Positions 24,376 to 35,550 of a stretch of DNA of 64,000 nt are shown piece after piece; within the stretch, counting starts at the first letter, position 1; every line of letters begins with the position of its first letter. This DNA comes from Sphyrna mokarran (taxonomy: Eukaryota): positions 144,460,001-144,524,000 of the forward strand of contig JAGIQG010000001.1 of assembly GCA_024679065.1 (NCBI GenBank). Reading direction: 5' to 3'. The notes under the pieces were generated by a model. The model worked only from the letters and a program-made list of their open reading frames with translations, had not been told where the DNA came from and searched no databases. A program made the position numbers and the translations under genes.

Positions 24376-26489
24376 TCTAGCCAGTCATTTTACAGCCTCT
24401 CCTGTTTGTCAGCATATTACGGTCCCATAGAAGTAAGCAGCAATTTAAATGGCTGCCACATCCATCTGGGAAGACATGTATGATGGAGACATAAACTCCT
24501 GGCCTATGAATTTATTCAAACTAACTGACTTGAAATAGGAGCAGGCTTGGTTCATTCTCAGAGCAAGAGAACCAAGAAAGGATATCAGAGATTTGTAGAT
24601 GCTTATGTGAAGAGAATGAAGCAGGAACGGGCCATGTTATGGCCCAAAGGTAATTGAGGGTAATATAATTCTCATTTGCCTTTTGCAAATTGCTGCCCAA
24701 GTAATGGGGATACCTATAGTACACACTGGAGTGAGTTTCCTGATTCTCGCTGGTATTGTCCACAATCTGGTGATGGTCAGGAAATCGCTTTTGCCACCAG
24801 GAACATAATGAGTAGTTCAGGAGTAGGAATAGGGAGATGAGGCGGAGAACGGGAGGATGAACAGATCAAAGGGAGGAGGTAACCAGCCCTTTTGCTGAAC
24901 AATGCTTGTTCAACTGAATACAACCTAAATCCACATTGTACAGCAATCAATCTACAGCACCTTACCATCTTCTATTACAGGTCTTCTCAGTCTCCTCTTC
25001 TCACTATGAGAAAATAAACATCCCACAAAACAATAATTACAAATCAGTTTTATTCAATAAATCATCCAACAAATGTCAACTAATCACCTTTGTACATTTC
25101 CTTGGTGCTGTCCCACAGGTGCTTTTTCCTAACCTCACACTCTTAGGCCTGTCCCTACCTCCTCTTCCTTTTCCCTGTGTAAGCAGTTTGTCCTCTGTTC
25201 CAGCTCCTTATGTTGCAGTTCCAGGGGACATAAGAATAGCATTCATAACTGGGAGCTGGTGTCTCCCCAGACCCACTGCAACAGACCGTTTCCACACTTA
25301 ACACCACAATCTTCTGTAATTCAGTGAACCTTCTCTTTGAAAGGGATAGATTGGCTTTCAGTACAGAAAGTTATTTACTTCTCACACAGGTTTAACTCTG
25401 CTGAGCACTGAAGCAAATAGCATGAAATCTGCTGCGCCCAACACTACAGTCAGGTAAATGAGGTGGCAACACCAACTTTATGTGTTGTCTTCTTCAACAG
25501 GTGCAGAACAGTCACAAACCCCTGACCAAAAAATGGAGTGGACCAAATTCTAGTCTTAGTGTGTTTGCTTAAGTACGTTAACTGGAAAAAAAAATGGTGT
25601 TACATTTTTCATTTGAATTTGGGAATATAAAAAAGTTTTCAAAGCTGCAGATATCTCAAATACCTCATTGTCAATTCAGTATTAGTTTTTTTATATAACA
25701 TTGAGCACTTAAATTACGATCAATCTATCTTTGGAAGAGCAGTCTTTAGGTGATAACGTCAACCTATTTTCACAGCAATTAAACAATATTGTTGTTTTAG
25801 AATCTGTACAAATGCCGGGGAAGGATTCACATTTGTGTCTCCAGAAGTAAAGGCTAAGTTCAGTCGATTAGCCACGGTAAATGTGTGGGTAGGGTGGGGG
25901 AGAGGGCCTGGGTAAGATACTCTGTCAGAGAGTCAACACAAATCTGAAGGGCCAAATAGCCTCCTTCTGCACAGTAGGGATTCTATGATTCCAATCTGAT
26001 ACTGGTTGTATCAAGACGGCATTTTCAAAACTCAGCCTGTTACCTGTTCCACTGGCCAGTATATATGTGGAGTGCTCAGCACTACATACATATGCATTCA
26101 GCTAATAAAAATAATCTTGCTACACGTTTTTTTGTTCAGGCAGATACCGCGGATAAGATGCTATCATCTCCATTTTCTTTCTAGTGAGTTTCAGAACTGT
26201 TGTTAAATCAAGAAAATGGCTAAATCTGCTGAGTATTTTCTGAAGACACAGCTTTGATCTGAGGACATAACATCCCTTGGCATTAACATTCTTTTTGAGT
26301 ATGAATATCAGATTAAAAGACTCCAATGTATCAGATTGTCAACTATGATTCTGCTGCATAATAGTCTTTTGCTGTACAACATTCTCCTATTAATGACAAT
26401 ACAGTTGAGAATCTGTGCACCATGCAAGTTTACCACATCAAATCACAACTTGCAACACACGAATTGCAAACTTTTTGTACCTTTTATTC

Positions 26490-27306
26490 TAAGAACAAAA
26501 GAACAAAGAACAAAGAGCAATACAGCACAAGAAACAGGCCCTTCGGCCCAACGAGCCTGCGCCTCCTAAGGGCCTGCGAGTCCTAACATCTTAATGACAT
26601 ATCCATGACTTTAGGCTATGCCTATTGTGGAAGATTCCCATATAGGGACCAATATAGAGACAATTTGTTACCCAATCAGCCTAAGAGCACATTTTTGGGA
26701 TGTGGGAGGAAACCGGAGCACCCGGAGAAAACCCACGCAACCACGGAGAGAACGTGCAAACTCCCACAGACACAGGCCCAAATCCATGTGTCTGCACAGC
26801 AACAGCGATAGTCTCTGAGCTGTCATGTTGCCCATCAGATGGTCCAGTTTAAGCATACACTAACGACTTGAAGCACTAGGCCACTCCTGAAGCAACATCC
26901 AAGAGCAGCCCTCGCACGACCTGCCGAATGCATGCACCTTGTTGGTCAACAAGGTGGACCGAATTGCCTGTGGAAACAAATAAGATATTTAGACAGTCCT
27001 GCTATATCCCTCTATCTGCAGACCGCTCATGTGGCTGTCCAAGAGACCCTTAAACAACCCTAGCGTGCCTGCTCCCACCACCTTACTCAGCAGTGCATTC
27101 CACACCCCCACTACCCTTTGTGTGAAAAACTGCCCTCTAATACGTCTTATACATAGCCCCCCTCACCCTAAGGCCATGACCCCTCATTCTATCCATTTCT
27201 AATGGTGGAAAAAGCTTACCACCATTTACTCTATCTATACCCCTTATAATCTTATATACCTCTATTAGATCCCCTCTCAGCCGACGTCTTTCAAGGGAAA
27301 ACAACC
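26490..27306 (-). mobile_element. CR1 3' fragment with SINE-containing 3'UTR
   Basis: High similarity to 57476-58250; (aagaacaa)n tail; embedded SINE core at ~26670-26835. Confidence 0.85.
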
Positions 27307-27524
27307 CCTTATTCTATTAAACTTTGTTTTGTATATCAAAACTAATTTGTATTTTGTTTGAGGATTTGGTTCATATTTTTCTCTTCAAAGAGCAAATACA
27401 ATCTGATAAAACTATTTTCATTACACCTAACTCAGCAAGGTCATTCTGTTAGTTTATGGGTTTGTGGGGGAGAAGGAGATAAGTACAGACTATGTTCTTT
27501 GAACAGTTAAGGCAGGGCCCACTT

Positions 27525-28056
27525 AGAATCATAAAATCTTGACAATGCAGAAGGAGGCCATTTGGCCCATATAATCCACACCCACCACAATCCCACCCTA
27601 TTCCTCAACCCTAAATATTTATTTTACCACTCCCCCGGCATTAAAGGCCAATTTAGCATGGCCAACCTATCTAATCCACACATCTTTAGAATGTGAGAGA
27701 AAGCCAGAGCACCTGGAGGAAATCTTTACCCAAAGGGTGGTTCGGGAGTGGAATGCCCTGCCTGCAGCAGTTGTAGATGCGCCAAGTTTGGTGGCGTTTA
27801 AGAGGTTAGTTGATAAGTATGTGGAAGAGAAGGGAATGGTTTAGTTTGGAGGGGCATTGCTTTTTATATTGGTCGGCGCAACATCAAAGGCCAAAGGGCC
27901 TGTTCTGTGCTGTAATGTTCTATGTTCTATGTTCTATGAAACCCACCAGACACGGGGAAAATGTGTGGAATTTGCACAATCATCTGAGACCAGAATTGAA
28001 CCTGGGTCCCTGGCACTGGGAGGTAGCAGTGCTAACTGCTATGCCACCATGCTGCC
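27525..28056 (-). mobile_element. HE1-like SINE interrupted by a + strand CR1 3' end (~27724-27938)
   Basis: SINE halves resume on either side (...ggaggaaa / gaaacccaccagacacgggg...); the insert is nearly identical to the reverse complement of 19800-20015. Confidence 0.8.
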
Positions 28057-28481
28057 ACCTGTTGGCCCTGAAATGCCTCAGGCTGGACCTCTCTCCTTTC
28101 CTCCTACTCCTCCTCCTCATGGGGGATCCAAAGTGTGGGTGAATGTGGTCTGTGGCATCTCTTGTTTGGCAAGGCTTCTTATATACCCTCTTTCTCGAGC
28201 TCAAGTGTCAATCCCCAGATTATGCCATGGGGTACACTATTGCCAGACTCATTTTACTGTCTTCTGTCTTGATTTGTCAGCATCCACACTGCTCCATCCT
28301 CCTTGGCACATCACTTTGGCTCTCAAATGACTGCCAGAGAAAGCAGGCATTGAGCTGCCTGACAAAGCTCCAAAGCCACATGATTCCCATGTGCTACTCG
28401 AAAAATTCAAAAATCCTTGTATAATTCCTTTCAATTAGCCAATTATTTGCTTTAATTATCTTCCTACTGTGGCCATGTACT

Positions 28482-29257
28482 CTTTGTATTGGCAAACGAG
28501 ATCATAGAAGAAAGAATTTATTATCATAACTTGTAAAGCAATCCAAGTCATGAGTTCTCTCCAACAATCAAAACAGAATCCTTTGCTGAGAAAATCCTAC
28601 ATATGGTACCTACCTAAAATCCTACCATGGTAAAAATACACAAACAATATAAAATACACAAACAATAAAGGACATCTTCTATCCTGGTATTCAATACTCT
28701 CCATCTTTGAGCCCATTCCCAAAGGACCCGGAAAATTCCAAGCCAATTATTCAGCATGTCCACCATTTTCTTATTATCACTGTCAATATCATCATTATAA
28801 ACTACAAACTATTATTTTGTTCACAACTTGTTAAAGAACACTAAGCCCATGAACTGTATCTTTCTTGCGTGGGTATGAAAATGAGTGAGACAGCATTTAG
28901 ATTTTCCAGGTGAATGCATGATTAAATAATCCTCTTTATTTAAACCCACAAAAGTTTATGCCTGTTACTTAAATTGATTGCGCAACAACATGATTACAGA
29001 AAGGAAAAGGATGCCAAAGCTCTTTCCCTTCCATCTCCGTAACACCACATTGAAGTCAACCTGACCTAAATCCAATTCTACTGCTAGGTTCTTACACCGT
29101 CCTCGTTATGCATGCTTGGCTGAGAGTCCAAACTTATAAAAGGATTTTTTCAGCAAAGGATTCTGTTTTGATAGTTGGAGGGAACTCATGACTTGCATTG
29201 CTTTACAAGTTGTGATAATAAATTCTTACTTCTATGATCTCGCTTGCCAATACAAAG
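28482..29257. mobile_element. MITE / non-autonomous DNA transposon with ~117-bp terminal inverted repeats
   Basis: 28482-28598 is the reverse complement of 29141-29257 with few mismatches; TA dinucleotides near both outer ends. Confidence 0.8.
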
Positions 29258-29264
29258 TAAGACA

Positions 29265-29955
29265 CGAAGGTTGGTGGTGTTGTGTATAGTCTGGAGGGAT
29301 GTTAGAAGTTGCAGCCTGACATAGGACGCAAGACTGGGCGGAGAAGTGGCAGATGAACTTCAACTCGGATAAATGTATAGTGATCCATTTTGACAGGTCC
29401 AATGGAATGAAGGAGTACAATATCGAGGGTAGAGTTGAGGAGCAGAAGAACCTTGGGGTCTGGATATATAGGACTCTTAATTTGGCCTCCCAGGTGGAGG
29501 ATGTGGTCAAGAAGGTGGATGGTGTACTGGCCTTCATTAATCGAGGGATTGAGTTAGGAGTCATGCTGTAATGCTACAACTTTATAAGACCTTTGTCAGA
29601 CCTCACTTGAAGTATCATGCACCGTTCTGGTCGCCTCACTGCAGGAAGGACGTGGAAACTATTGAGAGGGTACAGAGGAGATTTACAAGGATGTTGCCTG
29701 GATTGGGAGGCATGCCTTATGAAGATAGGTTGAGGGACCTAGGTCTCTTCTCCATGGAGAGACGAAGGTTGAGAGATGACTTGACAGAGGTTTATAAAAT
29801 GTTGAGAGAGATAGATAGGGTGGTGTCCTGAGATGAGAAGGTTAGAGGGATTAGCAGGTAAATGTGTAGGGATATGGGGGTAGGGATGGTTGGGATTGTG
29901 ATCAGTGCAGACTTGATGGGCCAAATGGCCTCTTTCTGGTTTCTATGATTCTATG
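29265..29955 (+). mobile_element. CR1 RT C-terminal fragment joined to a SINE 3' tail
   Basis: ORFs 29353..29571 and 29571..29831 (LYKTFVRPHL...RVQRRFTRMLPG). Confidence 0.85.
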
Positions 29956-29959
29956 ACTT

Positions 29960-32660
29960 GGCATGAAGGTGGGGGGCAGTGCCAGTGGCTGTGAAAGTAA
30001 TGGCCATAGTAAACCTTTATGCTACCGGGACCTTCCAAATTGCCAGCGGACACCTTTGTGGCATTTCCCAATCATCCATCCACAAGTGTGAGAGGGAGGT
30101 CACGGATGTCCTGTATGCCTGGCTGGCCAGTGTATTAAGTTTGACATAGACCAGGCCCAGCAGGAAGCCCAGACTGCAGGGTTCGCAGTCGTCACGGAGA
30201 TGCCAAAACTGTGCCCATGTTGTCCTCAAGACTGCGGAAAGAAGTCCTGGAAGATTCATTAGTAGAAGGGGGCTTCCATTCCATATATGTGCAGTTGATT
30301 TGTGAACATTAATTGAACATCATGCAGATACCCTGGCAATGTGCATAACAGTTTTATATTGAGGAGATCTAGTATCCTGGAGGTTTCTGAGAAGGAGCCC
30401 AGAGTGCAGGGCCTCTGAGTCAGTCAGCAGTAGCAAGCAAGTGCCCTCAGACTGGGCAATGCTCTGCAGCCCCTCATCCTCAATCATCTGTGACTGGGCC
30501 ATTGTCTCAAAGGCTGCTGCCATAACCCGCTCTGTCTCAGCGCTCCCCGCTGGGTGTCTTGCGAGCTCTTGAGCCTCTCAGCCAGGGCCCCAGAATCTCA
30601 GGAAGTCTGTAAAGGCCCTCAGCCATGGTCCTCTGGGACAGGAACGTGGCCTTCTGGGACTGCTCTGCTGTAACCTGCTGTGAGTCAGCCATTGCTTGGA
30701 GGCTGCTACTCACAGTGATGATCTCATGCTGTGGATTTACTATTTACTGTTTTGTGGATTTACTATCAAATAAACTGATTGGACTTTAACCTGGTGTTGT
30801 GAGACTTCTTACGATGATTTCATGCCCCAGGATTTCCACCGTGGATGCCACCTTTGCAGTGTTGGCCTAGGAACAATGCAAGAGAGGCAACAGCTTTGGG
30901 ACTCCTCCCAACAGCCTCTCAGTCCAGTGTTGCTGCCAGTTCTTTCTGCATTCTCTGGCTCTGTTACTGCGTCTCTCAGCAGCTGAGGGAGAAGTGAACA
31001 CAGAGACCCAGCTTACAGCGAGGGGCCAGCTGAATTCTCATCTCCAGCAGGTCCCTGCGTACCAGAAGCCTCGGACGTTCCCTCCTCCACCTGATGTACA
31101 TCAGCAGAGATGTCATGCGTATATCAGAGAGTGACTGAGGTGCCTCGCTACCAACTTGACCTATAGGTGAGAAAATCTTTGGGATGGTGAGTTGCAAGGT
31201 GGAAGCAAAACTGGTTCTGGCCTAGAAGCTCCCGTTATCGGCTTTCTCCGAGCTGTCATAGGGAGAATGGATGGCAGCAGCAGTGGGGACCACGATGTTA
31301 GATGGGCCCAATGTGTTGGGGGTCTCCTCCTGCAACACAGGACACCAGGGAGGGACAGGAATCTGGGCTGCATGAAACTTGAGATATCTCCAACAAATGG
31401 AAATTTGACACTTCTGTGCTCCATGGTTGTTGTTTATGGTCCGGATCCACTCCTCTCCCACAAGCTCTTCAAATGTGGTGAGAACCCAGATCTCAGGCAC
31501 ACCCCCCCCGCCTTTGACTTTGTCCTCTTCTGGCGATTACAAGCATTATCCTCCACTGGGGACAGATGGAGCCATGTAAAATATGATGGCACGAGTCCTG
31601 CGAGAATTTCAAGGGGTGGGCCTCAGAGGGCAAGGGTTGTGATATTCTTGGGAGGGATAGAAGAGATGTGTTAAGAGGTCAGCATGAAGGGTGCTGAAGA
31701 TGGCGGGGAGTGGTGGATTTGGGTGACACTTAAGAGAAAGGTGCTAGATCAGGTTTAACACTGATCCTTGCTGACCAGATTGTGTTGGTCAGTGCTTTGG
31801 CACTTACATACACATGCTGCTCCTACTTCCTAGGCTGTGTTTCCATCCATTCCCCTGAGATGGTATCCTGCTTGGGGCGGGGGGCGGGCGGTGGTGGTGG
31901 TGGTGGGTTGTGTCCTGCCTAGCCTCCATCGACTCCAGCAACCTGATCAGATCAGCATCAGAAAACAAGGAGCTGTCTTCCTGGAGGCCATTTCACCGCC
32001 TGCCTATCTGTCTGTCCATCCTTGGGGTTTTTATCGAGCTTTCCCTTTGTTAGGGCAGATCAGCTGCAGGCAGTTTGGGTGAATCATGTGCCCATTAGAG
32101 CATTCCAACAAATTTGACACATTTTGCCTTGTTACCATGAAAGGCAACCCAAGTCAGCAGCTCTGTGGTGGTCAGGAGCAGGGGAGAGAAGAGGGTCATG
32201 TCAATCTGCTATTGGGGTCGGAGTGGGGGGGGAGGAGATGAGGCGACCATTGGCAACGTGGTCCAGAATAGGAGTAAATGGGTCAGTATCATTTGGTGTG
32301 CGGGGGGGGGGGGGGGGGGGGGGGGGGTGGTCTCTCCCCATTTGGGAGGGAGGGGTGTTAGGGGGTTGGTGAGGGGGAGGCTGTACCTGCCTCGGGGAAG
32401 ATGGGGGTGGGGGCTGGATCTGTCAGGAGAACTGATTTTGTTTTTAACTTTTTCTGCGCATATCCTGTTTGTGGCTTCAATCTGAGTTGCAGGCTGCCTG
32501 GTGAGGTAAGCCTCCCTCCCCCCCCACCACTTCTTCTAGTGGCTAGAAAGGATCCAGCCCATATTTTCAATGTCTAAATCCATAAGATTGGGAGCGAAAA
32601 CTCACCCAGAAAACGGGTCTGCAATTCACCTGTTTTCAATCTAGCTGGATATGTCCTGAG
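29960..32660. mobile_element. Decayed PIF/Harbinger DNA transposon (transposase on +, Myb/SANT-like gene on -)
   Basis: + strand ~29975-30400 encodes VNLYATGTFQIASGHLCGISQSSIHKCEREVTDVLYA and, across frameshifts, CAHVVL...FHSIYVQLICEH...RYPGNVHNSFIL (HARBI1-like). The minus strand from the ATG at 31991 reads, across a frameshift, MASRKTAPCF-SDADLIRLLESMEARQDT (Myb/trihelix-like). Confidence 0.8.
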
Positions 32661-32676
32661 GATTTGTCACAAGGAT

Positions 32677-33012
32677 GGCACAATGGCACAGTGGCTAGCA
32701 CTGCCGCCTCACAGCATCAGGGACCCAGGTTTGATTCTGGCCTTGGGTCCCTGTCTGTGTGGAGCTTGCAAATTCTCCTGTATGTGGGTTTCCTCCGGGT
32801 GCTCTGGTTTCCTCCCACAATCTGAAAGATGTGCTGATGAAGTGCATTGGCTACTGGGACACTCACCTTATATTTAAATTAGTCTCAATTTCACACAGGT
32901 TAACATTTTTCTCTCTCAGTGTACTCAACAAGTGCCGGAGTGTGGCGACTAGGGGATTTTCCACTATAACTTCATTGCTACGTAAGCCTACTTGTGACAC
33001 TAATAAATAAAA
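32677..33012 (+). mobile_element. HE1/V-SINE-like SINE with alternative 3' tail
   Basis: tRNA head tggcacagtggctagcactg...; tail gtggcgactaggggattttc...ctaataaataaa shared with 48170-48435. Confidence 0.8.
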
Positions 33013-33999
33013 CTTTTAAACTTTATTTTTGTCCAGAGTTGCACATTGCGGTACTCTGGAGATTGACCTTCAATTCCTGGAGACTACAGGCCAATCCTGG
33101 AGGGTTGGCAAGCCTAAACACAAAGCCCTGAGACTGCCCTAGTGGACAGTTGGAATGAAGAAATTGCCCTGAAGGGCAATTGGCTGTCCATGATAAAAAA
33201 GAGATGGTTAGGACCAGGAAATTATAAACCATTAAAGTTACAGAGCCCATCACTTGAATTATAGGCTTAGAGAAAGGGGGAAGAAATAAAGTGGAGATAG
33301 GAATAGATCAGTTCAGTGGGGCAGGAACATGCTGAAACATCGATACTGTGTGAATCTTGGCAAGGAGATGGAAGTGGGATTGGAAATTAATGAAGTTACA
33401 AGTCAGGGAAGGAAGATCACCAGAGGAGAAAGGATTAATGACAGATCTAGAGGTGATGACTTGATGGGGTCGTGGTCCAGGTGGAGTGAGGAAGAAGTAT
33501 TGGAGAATTTGCATTTGATTCCTGAAAGAATCGAGGTCAGTCCATCAGACACCAGCATGACAATGTTAGGTTGTGCCTGAAAGAAGTGCATTAAGTTTAG
33601 AGGGAGATAGTTCTTTTGTTCTTATGTTCCTAATTTCTTGCTATACCTACATGACAACTTTCTGTGTTCCTTGTACAAATATACCTAAAGACCCTCTGAA
33701 CAATATCAATTACAAATTCCAAACCATTTAAAAATATAATGGCTGGAATTTTAGCAGCCTACCTGCCACAGAAATCAGAGCGAGCAAAGAGAGAAACATG
33801 GAAAGGCCCCTTGACCTTGGGCAAGATTTTATGGTTTTGGGATGAACGAAACCATAAAATCCGTTCCAAGATGTTTTTCTGTTCTTACTCATGATTGGTT
33901 TCTCTTCGTTATCAAAGATGGCCATTTTCTGTGTGCGTAGAATCGTCATCCGCTTTGCATTTTAACATGGCTGCGGCGCCCACTGGACATCTGCATAGA

Positions 34000-34320
34000 C
34001 TCATACAGTCATAGAATAACTACAACATAGAGGAAGCCCATTTGGCCCATTGTGTGTGTACTGGCCCTCTGAAGGAGCAATTGTCCTGATGCTACTCCTT
34101 GGCCTTTTCCCAATCATCCTGCAAATTCTCTTTTTCAGATAAGTATTCAAATCCCTTTGGAAAGTCTCCGTTGAATCTGCCTCCACCACAATCTATTAGT
34201 GCATTCCGGATATTAGCCTCTTGCTGTGTGAAAAGGTATTTCCTCACGTTGCCATCAATTCTTTAGCAATTATCTTCAAGCTACGTCCTCTGCTTCTCAA
34301 TTCTTCTATCAATGGGAGCA
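34000..34320 (-). mobile_element. Old CR1 3' fragment
   Basis: VVEADSTETFQRDLNTYL resembles the CR1 ORF2 C-terminus. Confidence 0.6.
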
Positions 34321-35254
34321 GTCCAGATTAATATTAAATTGTGTTTTGATGAGTGGGACTGGTGCCCTGACTCCTGCCCCTGTTATTACCCAGTGTTTAA
34401 AAGGACAATGATCCAATGAATGGCCTTAGGGCAAACTGACTGTCCACAAAATCACTGGATTGTCATTCCTCCATCCAATCAGAGATTGCAGCCATGCTCA
34501 CCACTGTAGTGCCCTGTTCCTGATGGTGTGACAAGTCAAGACAACTGGAAATGTGGTTTAGCTGCAGTGGATATTCATCAACACTTTCTTCACCGGTACC
34601 AATAAATCTTACAGCTGTCCACACAGCTGTGCTGTAATGCTTTCAGTACCAATGAGGGAATACCATTTCATCTGCTACATCTGTCAAGGCAGCTATACTG
34701 TGCGTTTGACAAAGGCTGGTTGGGGGTAAGCATTCTCTCTCACATGTGGGCATCAGATGCATGCTATCCTCACCTGGAATTGCCCTGCAATTCAACACAG
34801 TTACCGGGATGTGGCCACTGCCTTTCAGAAGAAGCAACTTGGAGCCCCAGCTGAGAGCCGGGTGTCAAGGATCATTGTGACCAAAGTGAATCACTTCACA
34901 TTTCCCCACATTATCTGCTGCTTTATTACCCTTTCACTTCACATGTCTTTATTTCTTTTCAGCCTCTGTGTTGACTAGGCATTAATGTAGATTGTGAATA
35001 GTTGAGGCCCACTGTTGATCTTTGCAGCCCACCAATTTGAAAATGCCCATTTACTCTCTGCTACCTGGTGTTAACCAATCCTCCACCTATGCTAATGCAT
35101 TAATCCAGAACTGCATCTGCGACTTTTGTCTGCCAACTTATCAAATGCCTTTTGGAAACTATCCTACACTTCTACTTCCCCTTTATCTATTCAACTAGTT
35201 ATATCCTCAAAAAACTCAAATGAGTTGTCAAATATGATTTATCTTCAAGAAAAG

Positions 35255-35550
35255 GTGCAGTGGCACAGTGGTCAGCACTGTTACCTCACAGCGCCAGGGA
35301 TGTGGGTTCAATTCTGGCCTCGGATTACTATCTGTGTGGAGTTTGCATGTTCTCCCTGTGTGGGTTTTGTCTGGGTGTTCTGATTTACTTTCACAGACCA
35401 AGATGCACAGGTTAGGTTGATTGGCCATGTTAAATTGACCCTAGTTGTCAGGGGATTAGCAGGGTAAATATGTGGGATTATTGGAATAGGGTCTAGGTAG
35501 GATTGGGGTCAATCCAGACTTGATGGGCTGAATGGCTCCTTCTGCACTTT
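35255..35550 (+). mobile_element. HE1/V-SINE-like SINE
   Basis: gtggcacagtggtcagcactg...gggttcaattct..., conserved core and CR1-like tail. Confidence 0.8.

Noticed and set aside
24521-24860. Minus-strand open frame with YYRYPHY, considered as an SCPP/enamel-like exon because mammalian JCHAIN neighbours ENAM/AMBN
   Set aside because: No signal-peptide exon, no phase-0 exon series or SxE motif, not Pro/Gln-rich.
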